Below, piece after piece: positions 9,216 through 18,319 of a stretch of DNA of 58,244 nucleotides. Both the position numbers and the translations under genes were made by a program. This DNA comes from a virus. Lineage: Duplodnaviria > Caudoviricetes. A model generated the notes under the pieces. The model did no database searches, had not been told where the DNA came from, and saw only the letters and a program-made list of their open reading frames with translations. Every line of letters starts with the position of its first letter. The first letter of the stretch is position 1. The stretch spans positions 1 to 58,244 of the IMG/VR virus record IMGVR_UViG_3300025896_000032. The stretch is one strand, 5' to 3'.

Positions 9216-9757
9216 GGAAAGACCCTGATCCACACCCATCTTACGCAGAAGTAAGGGAACCACACAAGCTTAGGTATCCGTCGGACCTTTACGTTGGACA
9301 TAAATACCTCGGGTGCATCGGAATCCCAAACGTTAACCCGGATGGGGAGGCCGGCATTGGTGGTGCAGGTATCGATCATCACGTTGCGGGTGGGGGCTCG
9401 GTTCCAGTCCCAGTACTTGTCGAACTGGCCCAGCTCGATCTCGCACGAGCCCTTACTCCTGCCAATGTAGCAGTGGGCTATCTTGATGCCGTCAATCGCG
9501 CCCTTGAGGGTCATGGTGGCCACGCCAGCCCCATCCTGCATATCGACGTAGGCGAAGGTATACAGCGACCCGCGAACGGCATCGATGTTGTTTTCGCGAC
9601 CAGCCACGACGGTCATCTTGTAGGCCATGGCGTTGTTGCAATTACCAAACTTGAGGATGTCATCGTAATCCCCGGGGTTCGGCGGATTCGTGTACCCACT
9701 AAGATCGGGGTAATCCCCAACGTATGACATCCAATTCGTATCCTTAGTGCCGCTCAT
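9212..9757 (-). CDS. Hypothetical protein, possible short beta-helix
   Basis: ATG at 9757; periodic beta pattern (ENNIDAVRG, MTLKGAIDG). Confidence 0.6.
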   Translation of the reverse strand: MSGTKDTNWMSYVGDYPDLSGYTNPPNPGDYDDILKFGNCNNAMAYKMTVVAGRENNIDAVRGSLYTFAYVDMQDGAGVATMTLKGAIDGIKIAHCYIGRSKGSCEIELGQFDKYWDWNRAPTRNVMIDTCTTNAGLPIRVNVWDSDAPEVFMSNVKVRRIPKLVWFPYFCVRWVWIRVFP

Positions 9758-9759
9758 TT

Positions 9760-10554
9760 TCAAAGACCGTACTTGCTCGTCAGGTATGCTTCCACTGAGG
9801 CGTATTGCCCAGAGTTTAACGTAGTGTTGTAAACAATGACTTCCGCAATATCGCAATCAGCGGGTTCACCATATGGACCATTATTAACGCAAATTCGATC
9901 GTAACTAGGGCTACCTTCGTTACCGGTTCCGTATGTAACACCATTTTGCCTACCCAAACTATTTTGATCCGTTGAATACCTCCAGTTAGTTGTCGTTCCA
10001 GCAGCCGGATAAGCAACCCATCCGTTGTGGTAAAAAGAATTTATGCTATTATTCCAAAAACCTGAGAGCCAATTTTGCGAGGTTCCTTGAATAATTCTTC
10101 CTGATCCTCCTCCTGCGGCTCCGGTATATCTGCAAACATGGAACAGTGTGTATGTTGAAGGAACAATACCAACGGGCCATTGCATATATGGATAAGCTCC
10201 TGCGGTGCTAACCATTCTAACTGCATCAACCGTTTTGCTGGAACCATTTCCAGTAACTGCAACTAGTTGTATTCCTCCGCCGGGGGTATATCCTTGAGCA
10301 TGATTTCCATTTCCAGATTTGTCTGTCCAAATATAGGTGCTCGTGCTCCACGAGGTTGCGTCATACCACCCAATGTAACCAGAAACTGGAGGGCCAGAGC
10401 TTTTTCCCTGCAAATTTTGCATAGAAATAGCACCGCTTGCAACACCAGCTAGGGTGCGAACGGCGGCATCGTTAAGGCTGATCTGAGCAGTAGCTGAATA
10501 ACCTAGCTCAGTATTAACATTACCCATACTAATCTGTCCTGTTGGAAGTGCCAT
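9760..10554 (-). CDS. Fibre-tip adhesin (attachment domain plus lectin-like domain)
   Basis: N-terminus ISMGNVNTELG...ISLNDAAVRTLAG...GAISM typical of adhesins that follow S74 fibres; WYDA...WTDKSGNGNHA...EVIVYN..L. Confidence 0.7.
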   Translation of the reverse strand: MALPTGQISMGNVNTELGYSATAQISLNDAAVRTLAGVASGAISMQNLQGKSSGPPVSGYIGWYDATSWSTSTYIWTDKSGNGNHAQGYTPGGGIQLVAVTGNGSSKTVDAVRMVSTAGAYPYMQWPVGIVPSTYTLFHVCRYTGAAGGGSGRIIQGTSQNWLSGFWNNSINSFYHNGWVAYPAAGTTTNWRYSTDQNSLGRQNGVTYGTGNEGSPSYDRICVNNGPYGEPADCDIAEVIVYNTTLNSGQYASVEAYLTSKYGL

Positions 10555-10555
10555 A

Positions 10556-11104
10556 TCAGCAGTTGCCCTTTTTTAGAGCAGCAATTTCAGCACGCAGTTC
10601 TTTGATTGCTTCGACAAGCAACGGAACAACCCGCTCGTAGTGCATCGTCAAGTATTGTGGGTCGATAGGTGCTGGAGCAATGACTTCTGGTAGCACTTTC
10701 TGGACGCTCTGTGCAGACAAACCAACTTCACGCACTGGTTTGTAGCCAAGGGCTTGCGCCGTCTCGTTAGCCTCGTAGTAAAAACCATCGAGGGAACACA
10801 CTTTATCTAGAGCGTTTTCAATGTTACCAAGTTTAGTCTTGAGGCGATCGTCAGAGTAGTAGGCGGTGATGTTACCGGTGGCTGTAACGGTAGTGAACGC
10901 GCCGGTATTTGCCGTGGTCGCGCCCACCGTGCCGTTAATATTGATCGAAGCTGTGCCGGTCAGGTTGGTGACTACGCCCGATGCTGGTGTCCCCAATGCT
11001 GGAGTGGTCAGCGTTGGACTCGTGAGCGTCTTGTTGGTGAGCGTCTGCGTATTACTCGCCGTCGTGATGTTCGTCGGCGTGATGATGGAGGAGAGTGTTG
11101 CCAT
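10556..11104 (-). CDS. Short fibre with intramolecular chaperone (peptidase S74)
   Basis: YYSDDRLK, GLSAQ.V..VLPE and YERVVPLLVEAIKEL. Confidence 0.85.
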   Translation of the reverse strand: MATLSSIITPTNITTASNTQTLTNKTLTSPTLTTPALGTPASGVVTNLTGTASININGTVGATTANTGAFTTVTATGNITAYYSDDRLKTKLGNIENALDKVCSLDGFYYEANETAQALGYKPVREVGLSAQSVQKVLPEVIAPAPIDPQYLTMHYERVVPLLVEAIKELRAEIAALKKGNC

Positions 11105-11187
11105 GATTGGTTATGTTTTGAAATTATTCATGAGCGTAATCGCGCCGAGGGCGATGGGCCACATCTTCAGGGCTATGTCAAAGGCTG

Positions 11188-12012
11188 TCATTGGTATCGG
11201 TATTTTATAATGACAATGCCTTGGTAGCCAGAAGCACCGGCGGCACTATTTCCGCCGGACCCGCCGCCGCCCGCACCGTAGTAAGAACCTCCGCTCAACG
11301 AGCCTGCCCCGCCATGTCCACCGCCGCCTGATCCTCCTGATCCTCCATCACCATCTGTGCCGCCGCCGCCGCCTCCGCAGTAAGTTTGCGAGGAACCAGA
11401 AATAGAATATGCCACGCCATCTCCTCCGTATGGGTCTCCGTCCCCATCTGCACTTTTACCAACGGCGTTAAAGCCACCGCCGCCTCCACCCTCGGCATAC
11501 GCCGCCGCGCCACCATCCGACCCTTGCACAGCATTTCCAGCTCCCCCTCCCGACTGGGCAGTTGCGGACCCCTCACCACCACCTCCAGAACCGCCCGCAG
11601 AGCCTCCGGTTCGGACCTGAAACGAATCGCCGCCACCGCCGCCTAGGGCGGTCAGGCTGCTGAACACGCTGTTCCCGCCGTTTGCGCCTTTGGTCGTATA
11701 GTTTGGGCCTCCAGCTCCTCCGGAACCAACCGTAATTCCGTATGAAGTGAGCGCAACCGCAAGAGCCGCGTTGTACAGTAATCCACCAGCACCGCCACCG
11801 CCGCCGTATGTGCAACCGCCGCCGCCACCTCCCGCTATTACCAATGTTTCAACGGTTGCGCTTGCCGGATAGTTGGTAACTGTAAATGTGCCACTAGAGG
11901 TAAACGTGTGAATCTTGTAATTTCCACTTGTAGTTACCGTGCCGCCAGTAGCCGCGATGTATGGATTGCTTGCACCCATCGCCACCAGCATTTGCTGCAT
12001 TACTGCGCTCAT
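11188..12012 (-). CDS. Glycine-rich (polyglycine) adhesin
   Basis: ATGGTVTT...IHTFTSSGTF, many GGGGG runs, C-terminal GIVIIKY. Confidence 0.8.
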   Translation of the reverse strand: MSAVMQQMLVAMGASNPYIAATGGTVTTSGNYKIHTFTSSGTFTVTNYPASATVETLVIAGGGGGGCTYGGGGGAGGLLYNAALAVALTSYGITVGSGGAGGPNYTTKGANGGNSVFSSLTALGGGGGDSFQVRTGGSAGGSGGGGEGSATAQSGGGAGNAVQGSDGGAAAYAEGGGGGGFNAVGKSADGDGDPYGGDGVAYSISGSSQTYCGGGGGGTDGDGGSGGSGGGGHGGAGSLSGGSYYGAGGGGSGGNSAAGASGYQGIVIIKYRYQ

Positions 12013-12014
12013 GG

Positions 12015-14432
12015 TCAGGTAAGGCCGGTGCCGCTGATCAACCATTCCGTTGAGGTAACTTTGATTGCAGTCGCAATGCCGTTAGCAGCCAGAGTCCGCG
12101 ACCCAGTTGTTCCTGCACCAGCAAGACGCATCGTGTCTGTCGTAATCGCAATCGTGATAACGCCACCAGCGTTTTGATTCACAAATGTAATGGCTGTCCC
12201 AACGACGTAGGCTACTGAACTATTGGCCGGGATCGTGAACGTGCGAGCGGTTGTATCGGCGCTTGGGTGGAAAAGGTGCTTGCCACCATCAGAGAGAACA
12301 AGCGTGTATGCTGCCGACTGCGAGTTCTGCGGGATTTGCCGCATTGTTCCGATGGAATCGGAAACGGTAGTTCCAACAACAGTACTTGGCGTGGTTGCAC
12401 CCAGAGTTCCGTTGAACGCATTACCAGTGGTAAACGTTTTGTTAGTGGCGGTCTCCACACCGTTCAGCGTCATTGCCGTACCGCCGTTACCGCCGATCTG
12501 AGCGAACACATCCCAAGTTGTACCGGAGTACACGAACTGCACCGACACACCGCTAATATCTAGCGTGAGGTCCGCAGCCGTTCCGTTGATCGTGGAGCCA
12601 TTTCGCCCAACGGTAAGGTTGGTGGTACCAAAGTTGGTGGCGGCATCCGCAATGATGCACATGCTGCCAGCGGATGGCGTAATTGGCAGCGTAACCGTGA
12701 ATGTACCACCCGTGGTGTTTGCGAGCACGCCCTCAAGATTTGCAATCGTGTAGTTGGCGGTCTTGACGACGTAGGTGAGGCCGGGACCAGTTGGTCCGGT
12801 GACACCACTGCTGCCGCTAACGCCCGTGGGGCCGGTGACGCCAGTGGCTCCGGTGGGGCCTGTAACCCCAGCAACCCCAGTGGGGCCTGTAACGCCGGCT
12901 GCACCCGTGGCACCAGTCGAGCCCTGAATGCCAGTTGCTCCCGCAACACCCGTAGCGCCTTGTACGCCGGTTGCCCCAACGGGTCCTGTAACGCCAATTA
13001 CTCCGGTGGCGCCCGTAGGGCCTTGGACTCCCGTAGCGCCTGTGGGACCGGTTACCCCATCGACACCAGTGGGACCCGTGACACCAGCAACTCCGGTAGG
13101 GCCGGTTACCCCTGCTACTCCCGTGGCACCGGTAATTCCAGCCACACCGGTTGGACCAGTGACACCGGCCACACCGGTTGGCCCGGTAACTCCAGCGACA
13201 CCCGTGGCGCCAGTGGATCCCCCTACACCAGAGGCACCGCCAACACCGGTTGCACCGGTCACGCCAGCAACGCCAGTGGCTCCGCTGATGCCAGCCACAC
13301 CAGTGGCACCTGTTGCCCCTGCTGCACCTGTGGCGCCGGCGGGACCAGTCGGTCCTTGGACGCCCGATGTAATCGCCAAGAACAAATCATGGTTTGACGC
13401 AAAGTTGGTCGTTCCAGTGCCACCAGACGAATTAAGCGTACTTGGAATTACCCAATAACTGTTTGCCGCTCCGGGATTCGTGTTAGATGGCGTTGAGGAA
13501 ATCGTCCACTTTTGGAAATTAGCGCTATTGTTTTGGTCCTGAAGCGTAAAGGTTTGCCCGGTCTTCAGAAGATCCAAGAAAATATCTATGTCAGCGCCGT
13601 CGTGCGTCAGATGGCTGACGTTGATGGACGTGGCGCTAATTTGCGTAGCGTTGTTCCAAAGAACGTGCCCGTCAGTGGGATAACCCGTGGTTATACTGAC
13701 GTTAGCGCGGTACAGGAAATAGCTGGATGATGCACCCTGAGGCCCAGTCACTCCGGTGACACCCGTAGCTCCGGTGACGCCAGATACTCCGGTTGCCCCA
13801 GTGATACCAACAGCGCCGGTCGCTCCGGTCACACCAGTGACACCAGTGACTCCGGTAGGCCCGGCAACACCGGTCTGACCAAATGATCCAGTAGGCCCCG
13901 TAGCCCCAACAACGCCCGTGGCGCCAGTTGGACCGGTAACGCCGGTCGCTCCCGTAACCCCCGCAACACCGGTAGCTCCGGTAATTCCGATGGCTCCGGT
14001 TGGACCAGCAACGCCGGTGGGACCCGTAACGCCCGTGGCACCAGCAACGCCAGTCGCACCAGTAGCACCGATAACGCCAGTCGAGCCAGTCGATCCGGTG
14101 GCGCCCGTTTGTCCCGTAGCCCCAGTGGGGCCGGTAATGCCTTGTGGTCCAGTGGATCCCGTTGACCCATTTGGTCCGGTGGGACCGCTAGGACCTTGAA
14201 TGCCAGTTGGCCCAATGGGGCCAGTAGGGCCAGTCGTTCCCTGAGGCCCGGTTGCTCCCGTGGGGCCGCTAGGACCTTGGATTCCGGTTGGACCCGTCGT
14301 TGCCTGCGGACCCGTAGCCCCAGTCGCCCCGATAGGCCCAGTTGGGCCGGATGCACCCGTTGGTCCGATCAGATCAGGGAAAATGACGTCAAAATTGGGG
14401 GGAGTACACCAATTGGGCGGGTTGCAAGACAT
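12015..14432 (-). CDS. Long collagen-like fibre protein
   Basis: Two G-X-T tracts; T4 gp9/gp10-like docking domain (FTVTLP..PSAG...[13 protein letters not shown]); start chosen at ATG 14432. Confidence 0.85.
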   Translation of the reverse strand: MSCNPPNWCTPPNFDVIFPDLIGPTGASGPTGPIGATGATGPQATTGPTGIQGPSGPTGATGPQGTTGPTGPIGPTGIQGPSGPTGPNGSTGSTGPQGITGPTGATGQTGATGSTGSTGVIGATGATGVAGATGVTGPTGVAGPTGAIGITGATGVAGVTGATGVTGPTGATGVVGATGPTGSFGQTGVAGPTGVTGVTGVTGATGAVGITGATGVSGVTGATGVTGVTGPQGASSSYFLYRANVSITTGYPTDGHVLWNNATQISATSINVSHLTHDGADIDIFLDLLKTGQTFTLQDQNNSANFQKWTISSTPSNTNPGAANSYWVIPSTLNSSGGTGTTNFASNHDLFLAITSGVQGPTGPAGATGAAGATGATGVAGISGATGVAGVTGATGVGGASGVGGSTGATGVAGVTGPTGVAGVTGPTGVAGITGATGVAGVTGPTGVAGVTGPTGVDGVTGPTGATGVQGPTGATGVIGVTGPVGATGVQGATGVAGATGIQGSTGATGAAGVTGPTGVAGVTGPTGATGVTGPTGVSGSSGVTGPTGPGLTYVVKTANYTIANLEGVLANTTGGTFTVTLPITPSAGSMCIIADAATNFGTTNLTVGRNGSTINGTAADLTLDISGVSVQFVYSGTTWDVFAQIGGNGGTAMTLNGVETATNKTFTTGNAFNGTLGATTPSTVVGTTVSDSIGTMRQIPQNSQSAAYTLVLSDGGKHLFHPSADTTARTFTIPANSSVAYVVGTAITFVNQNAGGVITIAITTDTMRLAGAGTTGSRTLAANGIATAIKVTSTEWLISGTGLT

Positions 14433-14437
14433 GGCCC

Positions 14438-14466
14438 AGATTAACAAAAGGAACCGGGCATGGCAA
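14438..14466 (-). promoter_or_regulatory. sigma70-like promoter, leaderless geometry
   Basis: TTGCCA-17nt-(TG.)TAATCT-5nt-ATG. Confidence 0.65.
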
Positions 14467-14794
14467 CATGCTTGAGTCCACCAACATGCAGTCCGTCGCT
14501 CAATGATAGCAGGGGGCCCGGAGGCCTGCGGCGATTAGGGAAGTGTATCCCCATCATCTTTTTGGTGGCCTTGTTGAACTTGATCTTATTGGCGGGCGCG
14601 TTCTTGAACAGATCCACGTCAAAATCCATCCCGTAGAAATTAACGATATCCTTTAACCACTCTTCACTGCACCCATCTTCTACGGCGCGAAGAAGGATCG
14701 CCCAAGCCAGACCATGCTCTCCCGGGGTAACGTAATCGGTGGAAAATCGGCACCTTCTACCCTCATCAGTATAGTAGCCAGTCTTGGCATTCAT
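14441..14794 (-). CDS. Hypothetical protein
   Basis: 117-aa ORF divergent from the capsid gene. Confidence 0.6.
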   Translation of the reverse strand: MNAKTGYYTDEGRRCRFSTDYVTPGEHGLAWAILLRAVEDGCSEEWLKDIVNFYGMDFDVDLFKNAPANKIKFNKATKKMMGIHFPNRRRPPGPLLSLSDGLHVGGLKHVAMPGSFC

Positions 14795-14828
14795 TTCATA
14801 TCAAACCATCAATAGACCATACGAACTA

Positions 14829-14858
14829 TTGACAAGAAGAAACAATATTTGCTAAAGT
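14829..14858 (+). promoter_or_regulatory. Capsid gene promoter
   Basis: TTGACA-18nt-(TG.)TAAAGT. Confidence 0.7.
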
Positions 14859-15012
14859 CATGATTACAGGGGTCTAACCGCAAGGTCGGCTCGCCCAAAA
14901 GGCACACCCGCTGGAGCAAAACGGGTCTACCATATCCGGAAATACCCACCGGATGGCGGTCGTTGTGGGCGCTTCTCCACAGCACTAATCAACTTTTCTA
15001 CTCAGCATTATC

Positions 15013-16269
15013 ATGCCTATCACTCCCACTCCAGCGTATGTGGATCTTCCTACCGCGACTCAGATTTTCGCGGCCGATCCCACCCGCATTATTGCTCCTA
15101 TTGGCGCCGCTCTTGCGGCCAATGTTCCGTACCTTTCCGTTCTTCCCCAGAAGACCTTTGAGGCGCAGATCTCCCCTGTTCACGTCAGCGTCGTGCAAGG
15201 CCGTACGGTCCCCGGCACCTCGATGACGTTCCCCGACTTTCTGACGATGGGCAACGTTACGTCCATTGGCGCGAATGCCGGTAACAGCAAGTCTGGTACC
15301 TCCAGCTACCAGTACGTCGCCAAGATCTATCAGGATTTCTCTGATGTGATCGCGCTCAACGTTGCGTACAACGCCTTCAAGGAGTCCCTGTCGACGCAGC
15401 TTCAGGCTGTTCAGCAGTACTCCACGGAGCTTATCAACGCGGACACCCGCGCTGAAATCTTCACCCGTTCCGGTGTGAAGGCCGTCGTGCAGAGCAACGC
15501 TGCGTTCTACTCCACCATTAGTGGTGGTCAGCAGCAGATCGACACGCCGCTCCCGAATACCTATTCGGATGCGCGTCTCACGTTTGAGCTGTTGCACCAC
15601 TACGCCCGTTACCTCACGCAGGATCTTCTTGCGTGGAAGTTCGGTGAGGGCGAGGCGGCTCATCTGCGATTCATCGGTTCCGCCGATATCCTTGAGTACC
15701 TCCGTCAGGATCTTGGCGCCAGCGCTGGTCCCGGTGGCTATGTTCAGTTCCCGAATGGCCCTCTGGCTGTCGGTAGCATGAGCGGCGACAGTGAGTCGAA
15801 ACGCGGCAACCTGAGCTACATCTTCAAGGCTCTGTTCCGTGGTATCGACTTCGGCGAGGATCAACGCCCACTGCGTTACAACTGGTCGGGTTCCGCCTAC
15901 GTTGCCGTTGAGCCATACGTCTCTGCTGCTGGTTCTACCGGCAACATCGAAGTGGTGAATCCGGGCTGGCTCGTTGCCTCCCATGAAGTTGGCTTCCTGT
16001 TCGCTCGTAATTCGTTTGAGCGTCAGGTTCCTGCCAAGTGGGTTGGCGAAGGTCGGATGAAGTGGGCCCAGCAGATGTTTGGTGGCGAAGTTATCTTCGG
16101 CGCCTACCCAGACATGGTGCAGAACTTCTTCCGGAACTATGGTGTTCTGGCCTTCCAGATTGGTCGCGCTTATCGCCCGATCTACCCATGGTTCGTGCTG
16201 CCAATCCTGTACAAACGCTGCGTTGAGAACGACAACGTTTCTACCTGCTCTGGCGTGTCCGGTGTCTAA
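15013..16269 (+). CDS. Major capsid protein
   Basis: 418 aa with strong C/T-ending codon bias; own promoter and terminator; no other capsid candidate in the genome (inference). Confidence 0.75.
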   Translation: MPITPTPAYVDLPTATQIFAADPTRIIAPIGAALAANVPYLSVLPQKTFEAQISPVHVSVVQGRTVPGTSMTFPDFLTMGNVTSIGANAGNSKSGTSSYQYVAKIYQDFSDVIALNVAYNAFKESLSTQLQAVQQYSTELINADTRAEIFTRSGVKAVVQSNAAFYSTISGGQQQIDTPLPNTYSDARLTFELLHHYARYLTQDLLAWKFGEGEAAHLRFIGSADILEYLRQDLGASAGPGGYVQFPNGPLAVGSMSGDSESKRGNLSYIFKALFRGIDFGEDQRPLRYNWSGSAYVAVEPYVSAAGSTGNIEVVNPGWLVASHEVGFLFARNSFERQVPAKWVGEGRMKWAQQMFGGEVIFGAYPDMVQNFFRNYGVLAFQIGRAYRPIYPWFVLPILYKRCVENDNVSTCSGVSGV

Positions 16270-16293
16270 TCGATACCCCGCTTAAGCAATAAC

Positions 16294-16323
16294 AAGGGCA
16301 CCCTTAACTGGGTGCCCTTTTTT
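16294..16323 (+). terminator. Intrinsic terminator
   Basis: AAGGGCACCC-ttaact-GGGTGCCCTT followed by a T run. Confidence 0.9.
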
Positions 16324-16329
16324 ATGCCC

Positions 16330-17508
16330 TCATTGATGGACCATGTGCCCACGAATGTGGTACCATCCGGATCCTTCTGGATCGCTACCGCCACGCCGCA
16401 GATCGGAAATCTGCTGGAAGATGGCATCATAGCGTTTAGCGCACGTCTCCATGGAGTATAGTCTCTGGGCGCGTTCGCTGGTCACCTTGCGGCTTAATTT
16501 GCCTTGGTTCACCATCTTGATGGCGTCCAGCCAGTCGCCAAGGGTATGGCACCGATACCCCGTTACCCCGTGGTCAATGGTTTCCGAGAAGCATCCGTAG
16601 CTTGAGGCCAATAATGGGGCGCCACAGAGCTGCCCCTCAACCCCGGCACCGCCAAAGGGCTCAATGTACCGGGTGGGCATCAAGAGGGCCTTGGCTCTAC
16701 CCACAACGTCAGCACGGGCCTTTCCGGTTACCGGGCCACGATACTTGATCCTCTTGTGCTTCCATGGGGTTGCGTCACCTTGACCAACAAGGTGGATTTC
16801 CTCGTCAATGTAGTCCGCGATGACCTTTAGGGTATCCAGACCCTTCTCGGAGCAGATTCGCCCGTAATAGAGGAAGTATTCGCCCTTTTCGGCCCTGTAC
16901 GGCCAGTCCTCAAGGTCAAAGTAGTTGGGTACTACCCACATGTAGTCCTTCCCGCCCTCACCCACGATGGGTAGCTGATCGCTATTGTAGCAGACGCGGC
17001 CATTGCCGTCGAAATGGAGCTTCTTTCCAAGATGGTAGTGCATCCAAGCGTAGGACTCAAAGATCCGGAAGGCGCCAAAGTCCGAGTCGGGATAGCCAAT
17101 GCCGGTTTCAACGTGATGCTGGTCAGGGAATAGCTTGACGACATCAGCGTGGGATCGACCAAAGGGATGGCAGATGATATCGCCCGGGGCGACGTGCTTC
17201 CTGAGTTCTTCCTTAAGGCGATTGTCGAATTTGATCCAATGGGGGGTCCCGAGAACCGCAGAGTTACCGTGGAATTGGGCGCCCTCATGTTTGCCGGCCG
17301 ACAACTCCAGTTCTTCCTTGGTCAGGATCATCACCTTTACCTGAGCCTCAGACTCCGACTCCCCATTGGAGTACTCAACGACGCGATAGCCAAGAGGCTG
17401 CATCATCTTGGGGATCCGGAACGCCTTTTGCGTGAAGGCACAGTGATGGTAGTCACTGTTCATCAGCGTATGGAACGGCGCGATTACATGGAGGGTCGGT
17501 TTGGTCAT
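16330..17508 (-). CDS. GT-B (GT4-like) glycosyltransferase
   Basis: YYGRICSEKG and EPFGGAGVE (EX7E) motifs. Confidence 0.9.
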   Translation of the reverse strand: MTKPTLHVIAPFHTLMNSDYHHCAFTQKAFRIPKMMQPLGYRVVEYSNGESESEAQVKVMILTKEELELSAGKHEGAQFHGNSAVLGTPHWIKFDNRLKEELRKHVAPGDIICHPFGRSHADVVKLFPDQHHVETGIGYPDSDFGAFRIFESYAWMHYHLGKKLHFDGNGRVCYNSDQLPIVGEGGKDYMWVVPNYFDLEDWPYRAEKGEYFLYYGRICSEKGLDTLKVIADYIDEEIHLVGQGDATPWKHKRIKYRGPVTGKARADVVGRAKALLMPTRYIEPFGGAGVEGQLCGAPLLASSYGCFSETIDHGVTGYRCHTLGDWLDAIKMVNQGKLSRKVTSERAQRLYSMETCAKRYDAIFQQISDLRRGGSDPEGSGWYHIRGHMVHQ

Positions 17509-18068
17509 TGGCGTTGGAAGATCATCACGTTGTTAACGAGCCAGCCCATGTGGTAACCGGAGCGCATGTAATCAACAAAGTGGGAGGTAGCGGCTGGGTT
17601 GTACCCGAATCCATACCAATTCAGCCTGTTGCACCAGTACGATGGTGGCTGGCAGTTGATATGGCCGTCGCCACCCTGCCCGGGTTGGGCTGCGCTAAAG
17701 ATCACGGTGGTCGGCTCACAGTTGCGAATGTAGCGGATGTAGTCCCATGAGTGATCCTCCGGGATGTGCTCCCCTACTTCAAGGGATAGCACGGTGTGGG
17801 CGCAAAACGATGGGCAAAGGGACCTGTTGACGATGTCCTCGATATGGCAATTCGCTTCCTTTGCCGCACGGGGGTCAATGTCTACTCCATTGGCCTCAAT
17901 ATCCAGATGGCGCATCGCCTTGACGTAGATCCCGGGACCGCAACCAACGTCCAGCACGTTCCTGAATCCAGACTCTTTCAGGTACCGGGCGATCCGCTCC
18001 GCCTGAGGCGTTTCCTCACTGATAATCCCATCGTAGTTGCATGGGTGATCAATGGAGCTGGTGGTCAT
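17505..18068 (-). CDS. Class I SAM-dependent methyltransferase
   Basis: VLDVGCGPG, SLEVGEHI and GQGGDGHIN motifs; coupled to the GT gene. Confidence 0.9.
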   Translation of the reverse strand: MTTSSIDHPCNYDGIISEETPQAERIARYLKESGFRNVLDVGCGPGIYVKAMRHLDIEANGVDIDPRAAKEANCHIEDIVNRSLCPSFCAHTVLSLEVGEHIPEDHSWDYIRYIRNCEPTTVIFSAAQPGQGGDGHINCQPPSYWCNRLNWYGFGYNPAATSHFVDYMRSGYHMGWLVNNVMIFQRQ

Positions 18069-18115
18069 CTTCTTTTACGGTTGCTGTATGGGTATCTGTC
18101 ATGCCTACTTCAAGC

Positions 18116-18319
18116 ATGAAAGTCACCAGCAGCAATATCAGCGATATCGCCTACGACGAGAAATCGCAGACCATGAGCATCACGTTCCATGACGGAGCCA
18201 TGTACAACTACATGAGTGTGCCGATTGGGGTGTACGACCGATTACTGACCTCTGGAAGCAAGGGCAGCTACTTCTCGCAGTACATCAAGGGGCGATTCGC
18301 TAGCACCAAGGTAGCCTAG
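18116..18319 (+). CDS. KTSC domain protein
   Basis: SSNISDIAYD...F.DG.MY.Y..VP......L..S.SKGSYF. Confidence 0.9.
   Translation: MKVTSSNISDIAYDEKSQTMSITFHDGAMYNYMSVPIGVYDRLLTSGSKGSYFSQYIKGRFASTKVA

Noticed and set aside
9760-12012. Diversity-generating retroelement acting on adhesins
   Set aside because: No reverse transcriptase and no template/variable repeat pair seen
12560-14475. PV/PVG-rich antisense and alternate-frame ORFs over collagen genes (also 33309-33908)
   Set aside because: Shadows of the GXY repeats
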